64,000 nucleotides of DNA from Escherichia phage slur14, in sequence record NC_028448.1; one strand, written 5' to 3'. Both the position numbers and the translations under genes were made by a program. Under the pieces are notes generated by a model, which was not told the DNA's origin, did no database searches, and was given only the letters and a program-made list of their open reading frames with translations. Positions 1-9,983 of this stretch are shown here, one piece after another. The first letter of the stretch is position 1; each line of letters begins with the position of its first letter.

Positions 1-845
1 TCGCTCAAAGAGTATTCTTTGCGGAATTTAACTTTGAAGCCAAAACCATGCTCACCACAAGCATCATCCCACGTAATGAAGCCTTTATCTTCAAGCGGGT
101 CTAAGATTTTACTCACATAAGTTTCACGATCATACTTATACGGAATCTCAGTGATATGCATTTGAGTTCGTGAAGTAAACTTATATGTTCCACGAATTTC
201 ATATTGCCCATCAATTTCAACGACTTCACCACGAAATTCTGGGAATTCTACCTTCGGTTTAGTTACTTTCTTTCCTTGAAGAGCTTGCAGTACAGCTTTC
301 TTAACAGAAGAAACACTATGAGGAAGAATGTAAGTTGCATAACCAGTTGCAATACCGGAAACGCCATTAAGAAGAACAGTAGGAATAACAGGCAAATAGA
401 AAGCAGGCGGAATGTGTTCTTTATCTTGATGTACCGGAGCATATTCAGTATCTTTATATACGTTATAGAAATTTTTACTTACACGAGCAAAAATATAACG
501 ACTTGCTGCTGCTTTTTGAACGGTACGAGAACCAAAGTTTCCTTGACCATCTAACAGAGGAAAGTTATTATTCCAAGTATTAGCCATCAAAGCACCTGCG
601 TCTTGCGCAGAGTTTTCACCATGATGATATCCAAGGTCCGCTACACCACCTGCAATAGAAGCGAGTTTGTGAAACTTATCTTTATTTCCTCGCGCCAAAT
701 CAAGAGCTCGAGCAATAACAAATCGTTGAACTGGCTTAAATCCATCAATCATATTTGGAATGGCACGATTTTCAACCGTGTACATAGCATAAGCCAATGC
801 TTCATTATCAATGATACTTTTTAAATCGCGATTATTCAGTTGCAT
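1..845 (-). CDS. 52: DNA topoisomerase II medium subunit gp52 (N-terminal part; gene continues beyond window start)
   Basis: Manual minus-strand translation from ATG at 845-843: MQLNNRDLKSIIDNEALAYAMYTVENRAIPNMIDGFKPVQRF..., GyrA-like; matches T4 gp52 from memory; synteny with stp/ndd/rII. Confidence 0.85.
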   Translation of the reverse strand, partial: MQLNNRDLKSIIDNEALAYAMYTVENRAIPNMIDGFKPVQRFVIARALDLARGNKDKFHKLASIAGGVADLGYHHGENSAQDAGALMANTWNNNFPLLDGQGNFGSRTVQKAAASRYIFARVSKNFYNVYKDTEYAPVHQDKEHIPPAFYLPVIPTVLLNGVSGIATGYATYILPHSVSSVKKAVLQALQGKKVTKPKVEFPEFRGEVVEIDGQYEIRGTYKFTSRTQMHITEIPYKYDRETYVSKILDPLEDKGFITWDDACGEHGFGFKVKFRKEYSLS

Positions 846-849
846 AAAT

Positions 850-990
850 TTACCATACTAGTGAATGTAGTGCCATAATAACATCAGAAATGAAAAGCAC
901 GACTTGAATTAATCCGAACATTACTCCATAATATAGTGCTATCAATAAAATAGCAAGGGCTAATGAATAGCCCAAGATTTTCTTAATCAT
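850..990 (-). CDS. small hydrophobic membrane protein (46 aa)
   Basis: Manual translation MIKKILGYSLALAILLIALYYGVMFGLIQVVLFISDVIMALHSLVW; below ORF-track size cutoff. Confidence 0.4.
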   Translation of the reverse strand: MIKKILGYSLALAILLIALYYGVMFGLIQVVLFISDVIMALHSLVW

Positions 991-1141
991 TAGTAGATAA
1001 CAACACAAATGTTAAATATGCACACATACCCTGAGCTAAAGCTTGCGAAAACACACTGCTGGCATCAATACAGATAGTTAAAACACATGCTACTATCCAA
1101 CAAATAAATGAAATAACTCCTAATAATTTTGCAATATTCAT
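983..1141 (-). CDS. small membrane protein (52 aa), Ac-like by size and position
   Basis: Manual translation MNIAKLLGVISFICWIVACVLTICIDASSVFSQ...; GGAAAAT SD-like upstream; lies between stp and gene 52. Confidence 0.45.
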   Translation of the reverse strand: MNIAKLLGVISFICWIVACVLTICIDASSVFSQALAQGMCAYLTFVLLSTND

Positions 1142-1148
1142 ATTTTCC

Positions 1149-1229
1149 TCACTGGCGTCCGAAGACGCCTTTGGTTTTAAGATTGTTACGATAGAACTGC
1201 ATCACGTGTTCGTTATGGAAATTACTCAT
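1149..1229 (-). CDS. stp: Stp peptide (26 aa), activator of host PrrC anticodon nuclease
   Basis: Manual translation [26 protein letters not shown]; start overlaps ndd stop (TAATG); matches T4 Stp from memory. Confidence 0.65.
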
Positions 1230-1687
1230 TAATATGCCTGCAAAACAAATTTAAAGTTATCAGCCAACATACGGTTCATTTCTTCAAGTGTTTGATACTC
1301 AGAATGATGATTACGAGTAAACGCCAAAGCTAACTGACCTTTACCAAATCCCGTCGTCAGAGGTTTCATCTTAGAAGCAGGCAGATAAAATACTGTGTAT
1401 GGAACATTGTTATTTGCAATAGTACGCGCAAGCTGAGACCGACGCTGACGAATATGACTTAGAACCGCACTGAATCCTTGCTTAGAACGCTGATTACCTA
1501 CATAAAATCGTGCAGACACGCACGGATTACTAAATGGACGACCATCTAATTTACACACTAAAAAGTAAAATCCAGGTTTAGATAAAATATCTTTATGTGG
1601 AACTCCCAAAAACCATTCACCGTTCTTGATTGTACCAATAACGGTAGCGCCTGCGTTGTTCAGATCAGTAACAGTCATATATTTCAT
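1229..1687 (-). CDS. ndd: Ndd nucleoid disruption protein
   Basis: Track ORF 1229..1735 trimmed to ATG with GAGGAA SD ([21 protein letters not shown]...); ~152 aa; position next to stp. Confidence 0.6.
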
Positions 1688-1747
1688 ATTAATTTCCTCT
1701 AAATTATTTTCTACTCCAAGGCCGCATGAATACACACGGCCATTAAA

Positions 1748-1963
1748 TTAATCGTCGCAGTCGACGCTCAATTCCCAGAATTCTTCTACGGTATAAGTTT
1801 CAGTATCATTTTCAATACAGAAACGTTCATTACTATTATTTGCTAAAGTAGCATTAACTGTCGGTTTCTCGCTAGTGCTCTTAAGAGGTGAAATACGAAT
1901 TAACTGATCACCGTTATCTAAACAAAAAATTTCACCAACTTTTACATCTTTAAAACTTTTCAT
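1748..1963 (-). CDS. hypothetical protein (71 aa)
   Basis: ORF track; minus-strand synteny. Confidence 0.5.
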   Translation of the reverse strand: MKSFKDVKVGEIFCLDNGDQLIRISPLKSTSEKPTVNATLANNSNERFCIENDTETYTVEEFWELSVDCDD

Positions 1964-2078
1964 AATTCACCTCAAGGAGTATAAAATCCAAATGCAGTTG
2001 TTGACCATCCCATCCAATATGGGAAATTTGCACCAATGTAAAACATAAGAATATAAAACCAAATGTTTAGTAAATTCA

Positions 2079-2276
2079 TCATTTTACACCATTCCAAATT
2101 GTTTCAACTACGGATTTTAAACCATTTTGATGAATATCAATTCCGACTACTGTCATCAAATAGATTCCAACTACAACTGAACCTAAGGCAAAAATCAGCA
2201 TGAAAATGAATAAAGCCGGAAAAATATTATCGAAAAACCATTCAATAGATGTAAAAGCACTGCGTTTACGCTTCAT
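2079..2276 (-). CDS. small membrane protein (65 aa)
   Basis: Track ORF trimmed to MKRKR start with GAGGAAAAT SD; hydrophobic core. Confidence 0.45.
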   Translation of the reverse strand: MKRKRSAFTSIEWFFDNIFPALFIFMLIFALGSVVVGIYLMTVVGIDIHQNGLKSVVETIWNGVK

Positions 2277-2283
2277 ATTTTCC

Positions 2284-2397
2284 TCACATAAATCCAAAGT
2301 AAACGTTTAATACATCAATCATTAAAACGATTGGGAATATACTCAAAACTATTAGTATTATAACTACATTCCATATAGCTTTAACAATCTTTTTCAT
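2284..2397 (-). CDS. small membrane protein (37 aa)
   Basis: Track ORF 2284..2532 trimmed to MKKIVKAIWN; upstream part of track ORF is read-through of promoter cassette. Confidence 0.4.
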   Translation of the reverse strand: MKKIVKAIWNVVIILIVLSIFPIVLMIDVLNVYFGFM

Positions 2398-2400
2398 TTT

Positions 2401-2457
2401 CTGTTCCTCCGTAGTTGATAGTTGTATAGTACCACAGAGGAACAGTCTTGTAAACAA
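2401..2457 (-). promoter_or_regulatory. early promoter with embedded stem-loop (PeSL-like cassette)
   Basis: Minus strand: GTTTAC -35, inverted repeat CTGTTCCTC/GAGGAACAG around -10 TGGTACTATAC, SD GGAGG in 3' arm. Confidence 0.6.
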
Positions 2458-2640
2458 CTTTTTTAAAAATATTCGTAATAAATGTGAATACCAACTACTA
2501 CCGCTGAAACCTGTGCAACCCACCACGCACAAGCAATAAGTACAGAATTCAAAATTTTCATAATAACCTCATCACAAAAGTAAATGTTAAACAAATTAAT
2601 GGAATACTAATTAACCAAACAAAACACCACCATAATGAAC

Positions 2641-2904
2641 TCATAGTTCAATCTCAATGATTTCCAGGTGTTTTTGTTTTATTGCCTTTTTAACACAATC
2701 ATGGACTAAATATGACCATGAATCATTATATTCTCCATTAACTAATCGTTGGAGATCTTCACGTGATGATAAGTAAGGTTGATCTGATTCCCATTTTGAT
2801 AAAAATACTGCAGTAAAAATATCTCCTTCACCTGTAGTTGAAGTCGTAAATGCAATAAATTCACCGGTAATTTTATGTTTAGCGTAATAAAATTTAAATT
2901 TCAT
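2641..2904 (-). CDS. hypothetical protein (87 aa)
   Basis: ORF track; GGAGGAG SD; promoter cassette just upstream. Confidence 0.55.
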   Translation of the reverse strand: MKFKFYYAKHKITGEFIAFTTSTTGEGDIFTAVFLSKWESDQPYLSSREDLQRLVNGEYNDSWSYLVHDCVKKAIKQKHLEIIEIEL

Positions 2905-2913
2905 TTTTACTCC

Positions 2914-2961
2914 TCCGTAGCTGATAGTTGTATAGTACCACGGTCCTTGTGGTATGTAAAC
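2914..2961 (-). promoter_or_regulatory. early promoter cassette
   Basis: GTTTAC ... TGGTACTATAC on minus strand upstream of 2641..2904. Confidence 0.55.
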
Positions 2962-2980
2962 TGTTTTGTGAAAAAATTTT

Positions 2981-3538
2981 TTAAATGGAAAGATACCATC
3001 CGTTGTAGTTGCTTTTTCTTACAACCTTACGAAGGTCTTCTCTGTCACCGATGAACTTCGGAGTGTACTGGATGACACCTGAATGAATTTCTTTAGTGTT
3101 GAATATAATTATACAGTCAGCGACTTGATGATTTAGAATGGGCCCTAGATTTATTCCAGAACCGTATGGATACTCTCCGCTGCATCCTGTTGTTACAGAA
3201 ATCCAACGTGAGTCAGTTTGGTGTGTCTTAACTTCTACACGAAGCCCGCAGTATCTTGGATGCGCCAATACATCCCATGCGTATGTATACGGGTCATTAA
3301 CATCCTCTTGGCCTTTATTGACATATCCGCTTAGCCAATCTGCTACAAAAAACTCTGCGTACACAGCGATACGGCATCTTTCGATAACTTCTGCCTTATC
3401 CTGATTCGGATTTTGTTTTAAAGAGTATCTTGCTGTATCAGCAATTTTGACCTTCATTTCACTAGTCAAGTCACTGTTCGATAGGGTAAATGTCGGAATC
3501 TGAAATAGTCTCTGTAAACCCGGATTCGTTTTCTGCAT
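2981..3538 (-). CDS. hypothetical protein (185 aa)
   Basis: ORF track; AAGGAAA SD before ATG at 3538; start overlaps upstream gene by 68 nt. Confidence 0.5.
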   Translation of the reverse strand: MQKTNPGLQRLFQIPTFTLSNSDLTSEMKVKIADTARYSLKQNPNQDKAEVIERCRIAVYAEFFVADWLSGYVNKGQEDVNDPYTYAWDVLAHPRYCGLRVEVKTHQTDSRWISVTTGCSGEYPYGSGINLGPILNHQVADCIIIFNTKEIHSGVIQYTPKFIGDREDLRKVVRKSNYNGWYLSI

Positions 3539-3800
3539 TTAGACTTTCCTTTTTACCACTGAGATAGGCGTTATATACTTTAAGAGTGCCATAATAAATT
3601 CGGTCATTTTCATCTAAAGACTCGCGGTCAAGTTCATCGAGCTCCTTTTTATCCATGACTATAACATTATTACAGTAAAGAAACCCAAGTTTTTCGTGAC
3701 CAAACTCAAATTTATTACAGTACACAATATTAGCGTGATGATTTCCGTGCAGTTTAATCTCTTTTATGTCGGAATCACCGATATTCATACAATAAATCAT
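3471..3800 (-). CDS. hypothetical protein (109 aa)
   Basis: ORF track; AAGGAAAAATT-ATG SD; hairpin upstream. Confidence 0.5.
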   Translation of the reverse strand: MIYCMNIGDSDIKEIKLHGNHHANIVYCNKFEFGHEKLGFLYCNNVIVMDKKELDELDRESLDENDRIYYGTLKVYNAYLSGKKESLNAENESGFTETISDSDIYPIEQ

Positions 3801-3811
3801 AATTTTTCCTT

Positions 3812-3840
3812 AAAACAAAAGGGCCGAAGCCCTTATTTTA
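3812..3840 (-). terminator. intrinsic terminator / RNA-stabilising hairpin
   Basis: Minus strand AAGGGC-UUCG-GCCCUU followed by UUUUGUUUU. Confidence 0.6.
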
Positions 3841-4032
3841 TTTGAATTGTGCAATTCTTTTCTCTAGACATTCAGCATAAGATTTCATTGAGATGAACTG
3901 TGAAAGTAGCAGTTCTTGCTCAACTGCACTAACTGTTAGAAACTTTGCGCTTTCTAAAAATTTGCTCAGTGCATTAATTTTGAGCATTAATTGATCGTAT
4001 TCTTCTTTTACTCGTGCTTGATAACCTAACAT
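3838..4032 (-). CDS. hypothetical protein (64 aa)
   Basis: ORF track; AAGGAAAATT SD. Confidence 0.5.
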   Translation of the reverse strand: MLGYQARVKEEYDQLMLKINALSKFLESAKFLTVSAVEQELLLSQFISMKSYAECLEKRIAQFK

Positions 4033-4046
4033 AATTTTCCTTAGTT

Positions 4047-4062
4047 AAGGGCCGAAGCCCTT
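4047..4062 (-). terminator. tetraloop hairpin at rIIB 3' end
   Basis: AAGGGCCGAAGCCCTT overlapping rIIB stop; no strong U-run. Confidence 0.4.
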
Positions 4063-4999
4063 ATTTAAATTGTTCAGTAACGTCTTCAACTACTTCGTAT
4101 TGGCAGGTACGCATTTTAGCGTCGTTGTAATCAATCGGAATTGATACTACATCGCGAGGATGTACTTTAACTTTTACGACTCGGCTGGTTGAACTGCCAA
4201 AGTGACGAATATAAGATTTAGAACACACATGCAGACCACGAGAACAAGTTTGTGTATCATCGTCATTCACACGAGTACGTGGCATTTTAACTACTTTACC
4301 AGGACTGTTATCAAAGGTATTTGAGTGACAGTCAAAGTAATTACTACGAACTACTTTCCAAGCATAGAAGTAACCATCTTCTGTAATTTCAATATCATTT
4401 GCTACCAAGAAATCAAAGAGTCGAGATACCGCTTTTTGGCTTGGGTTTTCCAACAGATTTTCCAAGAACGGAAAATAAAATTCAAAGTTTTCACCTTTTT
4501 CCATCGAGTCAAGAATACGATCAACCAAACCAGACCGTAATTCGATATTTTGATAGAACAAGCTTCCGCCTTCAATTCGAACATCGCCGGAAATATATTT
4601 TTCAACAGCGCGACGAACATTAATTTTTTGTGCCGCTTCTTCCAACTTATCTGCTACAAGCAGATTAAGAATTTCCTGGAAGTTTGAATGAGTATTAGGA
4701 GTTGCGTTATAAGTTACACCGTCAACGGTAATTGAAATGAATTTTTTAGATGCATTCCAAATAATGTCAGATTTAGCAACTGGAGCAATAGCTGCATCGC
4801 TATTAACTTTAACTGTAATATCACCGCTAATAGTAACTTTAGAGCGTTTAGCTTCTTCAGCATTTTTCAAAACACGACGGATTGTGTCAACCGATACACC
4901 TTGCCAATCAGCCAATTCCTGCTGAGTGTAATTACCACTTGAATACAGCTTAACAATTTCAGCTTGTTCGTTTTTGGTCAGGCATTTAATATTGTACAT
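4061..4999 (-). CDS. rIIB: rIIB rapid-lysis protein
   Basis: 312 aa, same length and N-terminus (MYNIKCLTKNEQAEIVKLYSSGNYTQQELADWQG) as T4 rIIB from memory. Confidence 0.95.
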   Translation of the reverse strand: MYNIKCLTKNEQAEIVKLYSSGNYTQQELADWQGVSVDTIRRVLKNAEEAKRSKVTISGDITVKVNSDAAIAPVAKSDIIWNASKKFISITVDGVTYNATPNTHSNFQEILNLLVADKLEEAAQKINVRRAVEKYISGDVRIEGGSLFYQNIELRSGLVDRILDSMEKGENFEFYFPFLENLLENPSQKAVSRLFDFLVANDIEITEDGYFYAWKVVRSNYFDCHSNTFDNSPGKVVKMPRTRVNDDDTQTCSRGLHVCSKSYIRHFGSSTSRVVKVKVHPRDVVSIPIDYNDAKMRTCQYEVVEDVTEQFK

Positions 5000-5010
5000 A
5001 ATTTTCCTTA

Positions 5011-7188
5011 TTAGGCCGCAAGGGCCTTCATAGTTTTAGCGATTTGGGAAACTTCATCATCACTTAAAGAGTTGCGATAACCAATGAAGTCGGAAACAAT
5101 ACGGAATTTCTTGGTAAACTCAGCAACCATTTTATCACTATTTTTTGAAGCATTACGTGATAATTCATCAAAGAGATTAGTTACTGTCCAGATATCATGA
5201 CCGATGGTATCTTTTCCACCATTGAAATACACACCGCGTAATGAACTAACCATATTACCAAGTCGTGTATATTCTTCAGAAACTTCATCTGTACTGAAGT
5301 ACTTCATCATAAAATCTAGTTCAGGATACTTGATAATTTTATCAATATATCGTTGAGCTGAACTTGAATAACCTACATACTTATCATAATCTACATCATC
5401 AAAAGCATCTACATATAAATCACGCAAAGCTTCAAAAATACATTGGCACTGACCGAGTTCTTTTACCTTTTTCTGTAAAAGCGGACGAATAACATAAAAT
5501 TCATTAATGCCAATAAGATTAGCCATACGAATCAAAATATTCATAGATGGATGACAAAGAGATGTAGTACCATCCATAGAGAAAATATCAGAACGATGCA
5601 TATACGCTACATAACCAGTAATTTCATCTGCTTCTGATGTGAGCGTAAATAATTCCTCTTTTTCCCAGCGCCCATCTTTAATTTCAAATTTAAATGCTGT
5701 AGCAGCTTTAGGACGAGGAGCTTTACTTTTAACTACCTTTGGAATATAGCTTTTAACTAAAGCTTCGATTTCTGACAAATAATGAATGTTAACTTCATCA
5801 CTTTCAAACATCGCCATAATATCAGGAAGTAAATCAATCTGCGATTCTACTTCTGGATTAATAAACAGAAGACGCTCGTTGTGATGAATATTTAAAGTGT
5901 TATTAAATTCACTATCATCTAACGCATGTGCTAATCCACGAACAATATTAACACGATTTTTAATATTATCAATAACGATATTAATTTTTGTTGTATTAAT
6001 ACCAAACAGACGATAACTTGATGCAACGGCTGAAGTTTCATGACTTTGCTTAATGCGTTTCAGTCGAGGGTCAAGATTTACTTCATACACAACTCCTGCA
6101 TTGCATAACTTACTGTCAGGTTCAAACATACTCTGCATCTTCTTATATGACAGATTTTTAGTCGTGAATTTGACTGAATTACTAATCATATAATCTCGAG
6201 CAGAATACCCCATCTTCATCAATTCACGATATGTGTGACGAGGAGATGTAGATTCTTTAAATCGTTTTACATCTTCATTAAATGCTTTCTCACTGAGTTC
6301 TTTAACTCGTTCAATGATATTTTTACGAGTGCGATCATCCAGTGAAAGAGCCTCGCGAGATGGAGCAATATCAAGTGAACCCATTGGAAATTTAATGTAA
6401 TTCACTTCATTGCGAATGCTTAGCCAGTTACGGTCTCTAATAACACCATCGATAGGATAAACAATACCGCCATAGATAGCATATAATCCACCACGATCAG
6501 GCCAGTATCTTTCTGGATTTACACCGTAATAGTCATCAAAATCCGGAAAATAATCAATTTCGCGGTCAAGACCATTAATGATAGCCAAATCTTTGAATGG
6601 TCGCATGATATAAGAAACTTCATAAGCAAAGTTTCTAAAGTCTTTTTCTTCAACTGGAACTACGATTTCAATACCAGTTTTATCATTTGGACCCATTTCT
6701 TTTACGAATGTAGGTTTAATTTGTGGACCATCGCCATCCATGTAAGCTACATAACCACGAATTTCGCCTTTATGATATGAAGTAATACTAAATGTATCAG
6801 TATAACTAAACGGAGATTTAGAACCTAAACCAAATCCGCCAATGAAATCGTTAGATTCAGCCTTAGATGAACTAAAGTATGAATTATACAACCCAGGAGA
6901 ATTATCATCACCTTGAATATCAAAATCGCTCATACCCGGACCAAAATCTCGACAAACAAATCGTGGATCTAAACGTCCAGGAACTTGTATGATAAATTTT
7001 TCAGGATTTCCATTGAGAGCATGGGCATCAATCATGTTGGTAATCAATTCACGGACTACTGCGCGAATTTTGTTTGTATACAAATCAGATGACAGAATTT
7101 TAAATACTTTAGGAGATGCTGTGATGCTAAATGCTTTTGATTTAGAACCATTACCAAGAATTGTTTCTTTTTCAGTGGTGATAATCAT
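5011..7188 (-). CDS. rIIA: rIIA rapid-lysis protein
   Basis: 725 aa as T4 rIIA; adjacent to rIIB. Confidence 0.95.
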   Translation of the reverse strand: MIITTEKETILGNGSKSKAFSITASPKVFKILSSDLYTNKIRAVVRELITNMIDAHALNGNPEKFIIQVPGRLDPRFVCRDFGPGMSDFDIQGDDNSPGLYNSYFSSSKAESNDFIGGFGLGSKSPFSYTDTFSITSYHKGEIRGYVAYMDGDGPQIKPTFVKEMGPNDKTGIEIVVPVEEKDFRNFAYEVSYIMRPFKDLAIINGLDREIDYFPDFDDYYGVNPERYWPDRGGLYAIYGGIVYPIDGVIRDRNWLSIRNEVNYIKFPMGSLDIAPSREALSLDDRTRKNIIERVKELSEKAFNEDVKRFKESTSPRHTYRELMKMGYSARDYMISNSVKFTTKNLSYKKMQSMFEPDSKLCNAGVVYEVNLDPRLKRIKQSHETSAVASSYRLFGINTTKINIVIDNIKNRVNIVRGLAHALDDSEFNNTLNIHHNERLLFINPEVESQIDLLPDIMAMFESDEVNIHYLSEIEALVKSYIPKVVKSKAPRPKAATAFKFEIKDGRWEKEELFTLTSEADEITGYVAYMHRSDIFSMDGTTSLCHPSMNILIRMANLIGINEFYVIRPLLQKKVKELGQCQCIFEALRDLYVDAFDDVDYDKYVGYSSSAQRYIDKIIKYPELDFMMKYFSTDEVSEEYTRLGNMVSSLRGVYFNGGKDTIGHDIWTVTNLFDELSRNASKNSDKMVAEFTKKFRIVSDFIGYRNSLSDDEVSQIAKTMKALAA
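5013..5027 (-). terminator. hairpin at rIIA/rIIB junction
   Basis: AGGCC-GCAAG-GGCCT. Confidence 0.3.
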
Positions 7189-7198
7189 AATTTCCTCA

Positions 7199-7402
7199 TT
7201 AATTCATATTACGCTTAATAACTTCAGCAACTTCTAGTAGTTCATCTTTAGTTGCAGTGTCGGATTGAATTTTATCTCTAATATCCTTAAAGCGGTTTTT
7301 AAATTCTTCGGCTTCTCCCATATCGAAAAAGCGTTGAATGATTCTATATTCTCGATGAACTGCTTTATCAAAAAGTTCTAAATTTACTTTATATGATTTC
7401 AT
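7199..7402 (-). CDS. rIIA.1-like small protein
   Basis: ORF track; position between rIIA and topoisomerase gene; promoter cassette upstream. Confidence 0.6.
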   Translation of the reverse strand: MKSYKVNLELFDKAVHREYRIIQRFFDMGEAEEFKNRFKDIRDKIQSDTATKDELLEVAEVIKRNMN

Positions 7403-7423
7403 TTCAATATCCTCATTTGCCCA

Positions 7424-7457
7424 ATTAATTATACCACATCCTTGTGGTAAAGTAAAC
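7424..7457 (-). promoter_or_regulatory. early promoter
   Basis: Minus strand GTTTACTTTACCACAAGGATGTGGTATAAT. Confidence 0.6.
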
Positions 7458-9277
7458 TACTGACTCATCCATTCTTTGCGAAGGTCAGCATTATCTCCCA
7501 TGAGCATTTCAAAAAGCTCTTTCCAGTTCTCAGGAAGTTTAACAACATCATATACTGGATTTTGAATCATTTCACGATATTCAGATTTTTCCAAAGAGCC
7601 AAGTCCTTTAATATAACGGATGCTATGTTTAGGTAGAGCATCTTTGGCACTCTCATATTCAGCGACTGTATAAAACCATTCTTGTTTTTTACCGACCTGA
7701 GCGATGATTACAGGAGTTTTGACGAAGCGAATTCTTCCTTGTTCAAACAGTTCTGGCCAATTACTAAAAAATCCGAGCAGAGAAGGATAAATGCTTCCTA
7801 GACCATCGTGGTCAGCATCGGTCATAATAGCAATATTATGATAATTCAAGTTTTCAGCCTTTTCACCAAGAACTAATCCAGTGATTGCGCAAATGTCAAA
7901 CAGTTCTTTGTTTTTAAGCATATCGGCATATGACATACCCCAACTGTTGAGAACTTTACCACGCAATGGATAACCACCATGAAGTTCTTTATCACGAACA
8001 TCAATAAGATATCCGATAGCAGAATCACCCTCAGTCAAGAACAATGTAGTGTCAGCATCTTTACCGCACAGATTAGCTTTAATATGTTTATGAACCTTTG
8101 CCTTAGAAGCCTTTTTAGCTGCTTTAGTTTCTGCTGCTTTTTCTGCCGCCAATTTACGAGCCAAAGCAGCTTCAATAATCGGCATCAGAATTGCTTCATT
8201 ATTTAGAATAGCGCGTGAAATCTTTTTAGCGTCAAGTTGAATATGACTACGAATTTCGCCAAATGGAGAAGTCAAACGCTCTTTAGTTTGAGAATCAAAT
8301 CGCATGTTTTTCATATCACGAACAAACATAACGATTGTCAAACATTCTTTTACACGCGCTTTAGTTACATCAATTTTGAACTTACGTTTGATTTGTGGAA
8401 TAAGGTCTTCACAAATATCATCCATAACACAGTCAATGTGATGGCCACCATTCTTAGTGTGAATGTTATTCACGTAAGTTAATTGACGAAATCCATCCGG
8501 TGAACGACCAACCGCAATAGAACAATTTTCTTGTTCTTGAACGATAGCATGCTCATCATATTGGCGTGCATATTTCTTAAAATTGCCCTGAACCTTTTTA
8601 CCATTAAAGGTAAATTGAATATCAGGATAAACTACTGCAAGTGTCTGGAGACGATCTAGTGTAATGTCAAGATAAACTTGGGACAGCTCATTAGTTTCAA
8701 ATGACATAAAATCAGGAATGAAAGTAACACGAGTTCCTTTCCATTTTCCAGGAATATCTTCCCATGATTTATTTTCCATGCCGTTTGAACAACGAACTAC
8801 AATATTATTTTGACCATCACCAGTTTCACCGACAAACATCACAGAAAAAATGTTTGTCAAACTAGAACCAACACCATTCATACCGCCAGTGACGCGTTCT
8901 TTATCATCGCCAAAGTTACCACCTGCTTTTGGAATAGTCCATGCAGCAACAGGACCAGGAATTTCTTCACCGGTAGGTGTTTTAACCATCGCCTGTGGAA
9001 TACCACGACCGTTATCTTCAACTGTTACTTGATTGTTTTTAATAGTAACATTAATTTTATTTGCGAATTTAAACTTAGTACGAATACCTTCATCTACTGA
9101 GTTATCGATAATTTCATCAATAAGCTTAACAAGACCAGGTACATACTGAACACTTTCCCATTTACCAAACAGAAAGCGCTCATGCATTTCATTAGCAGAA
9201 GAGCCAATGTACATGCCGCTACGCTTTTTGATATGTTCAATATCGCTCAGAATTTTAATTTCATTCTTAATCATCAC
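7457..9277 (-). CDS. 39: DNA topoisomerase II large subunit, continuous gp39+gp60 (GyrB-like ATPase + Toprim)
   Basis: 606 aa uninterrupted ORF (MMIKNEIKILSDIEHIKKRSGMYIGSS...); no internal stop or bypass gap. Confidence 0.93.
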   Translation of the reverse strand: MMIKNEIKILSDIEHIKKRSGMYIGSSANEMHERFLFGKWESVQYVPGLVKLIDEIIDNSVDEGIRTKFKFANKINVTIKNNQVTVEDNGRGIPQAMVKTPTGEEIPGPVAAWTIPKAGGNFGDDKERVTGGMNGVGSSLTNIFSVMFVGETGDGQNNIVVRCSNGMENKSWEDIPGKWKGTRVTFIPDFMSFETNELSQVYLDITLDRLQTLAVVYPDIQFTFNGKKVQGNFKKYARQYDEHAIVQEQENCSIAVGRSPDGFRQLTYVNNIHTKNGGHHIDCVMDDICEDLIPQIKRKFKIDVTKARVKECLTIVMFVRDMKNMRFDSQTKERLTSPFGEIRSHIQLDAKKISRAILNNEAILMPIIEAALARKLAAEKAAETKAAKKASKAKVHKHIKANLCGKDADTTLFLTEGDSAIGYLIDVRDKELHGGYPLRGKVLNSWGMSYADMLKNKELFDICAITGLVLGEKAENLNYHNIAIMTDADHDGLGSIYPSLLGFFSNWPELFEQGRIRFVKTPVIIAQVGKKQEWFYTVAEYESAKDALPKHSIRYIKGLGSLEKSEYREMIQNPVYDVVKLPENWKELFEMLMGDNADLRKEWMSQ

Positions 9278-9301
9278 TTATCCTCGTTTGGTTTCGGGAA
9301 T

Positions 9302-9329
9302 ATTATACTCCGGTAATCATAAAGCTAAA
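9302..9329 (-). promoter_or_regulatory. candidate MotA-dependent middle promoter for gene 39
   Basis: Minus strand AGCTTTA (MotA-box-like) 12 nt upstream of TATAAT. Confidence 0.4.
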
Positions 9330-9343
9330 GGCCCGAAGGCCTT
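9328..9343 (-). terminator. tetraloop hairpin
   Basis: AAGGCC-CGAA-GGCCTT directly after lipoprotein ORF stop. Confidence 0.45.
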
Positions 9344-9613
9344 TTATTTAAAACGAATAGTTGAATCCTTAAAGAACAGCCCAGAACATACTGTTCCTTC
9401 TACTTTCTGCCCAGTAGGTCCAATAGCACGAAATCCAGTATGTTGGAAATCATTTTCAGAACAACCAAACCAATTATATCCAGTGATTTCAATATTAGTA
9501 AAACCACTTGAAGATAAAACTTTGGTTGCATTATCAGCATCAGTACATCCTGCTAAAGACACTGCTAATACTAATGCCGCGATAGAACGATTAATATATT
9601 TCATAATTTTCAC
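9344..9613 (-). CDS. putative lipoprotein (89 aa)
   Basis: Signal peptide plus lipobox-like LAGC (MKIMKYINRSIAALVLAVSLAGCTD). Confidence 0.6.
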   Translation of the reverse strand: MKIMKYINRSIAALVLAVSLAGCTDADNATKVLSSSGFTNIEITGYNWFGCSENDFQHTGFRAIGPTGQKVEGTVCSGLFFKDSTIRFK

Positions 9614-9981
9614 TCAAATTTAATGGCTTGAAGAAGACTAATAATTCTCAAGCGACTTCTTTCATCTTTAACTGTAAAAGAAAGGGGGTCACCAGATTTC
9701 ATAGTAATGGTACATTCAAAATCAAAATCTTCGGAAACTTCTTTGAAGAAGTCAAATTCTTCATCATAAATTAGAACATTACTCTGACAACTATGAAGAA
9801 TTTTTCCATCATTTCCAGATGCTGTACTAATCATTGTAACATTATGACCTTTCATATCTTCAACGATAAATTCACTAGTCAATATTACAGCATTAATAGA
9901 ACTATTCCTATTACTAGCAGAAAGTAGATATTTCTGTTCTTCACCTTCACGAATGCGATATTTCTTACCAATTTTAAACAT
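9610..9981 (-). CDS. hypothetical protein (123 aa)
   Basis: ORF track; ATGA-type coupling to downstream gene. Confidence 0.5.
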   Translation of the reverse strand: MFKIGKKYRIREGEEQKYLLSASNRNSSINAVILTSEFIVEDMKGHNVTMISTASGNDGKILHSCQSNVLIYDEEFDFFKEVSEDFDFECTITMKSGDPLSFTVKDERSRLRIISLLQAIKFE

Positions 9982-9983
9982 AA

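Noticed and set aside
204-824. Plus-strand ORFs 204..554 and 603..824
   Set aside because: Antisense shadow ORFs inside the gene 52 coding region; low-complexity, no SD.
2284-2532. N-terminal extensions of track ORFs 2284..2532, 31477..31902 and 55916..56503 sharing the peptide LFTRLFLCGTIQLSTTEE
   Set aside because: The shared peptide is a translation of the repeated promoter cassette; the real starts are the downstream ATGs with SD.
2981-3538. 185-aa ORF as DenB endonuclease IV
   Set aside because: Length matches DenB, but it is not adjacent to rIIB as DenB is in T4 and I recognise no nuclease motif; left as hypothetical.
8810-9100. Plus-strand ORFs inside the topoisomerase gene, and similar plus-strand ORFs inside dda, 43, 45, 46 and nrdD
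   Set aside because: They lie antisense within well-supported minus-strand genes and are typical AT-rich shadow frames.
7457-9277. Translational bypass or split in the topoisomerase gene
   Set aside because: The ORF is continuous at 606 aa; no hop element was seen.
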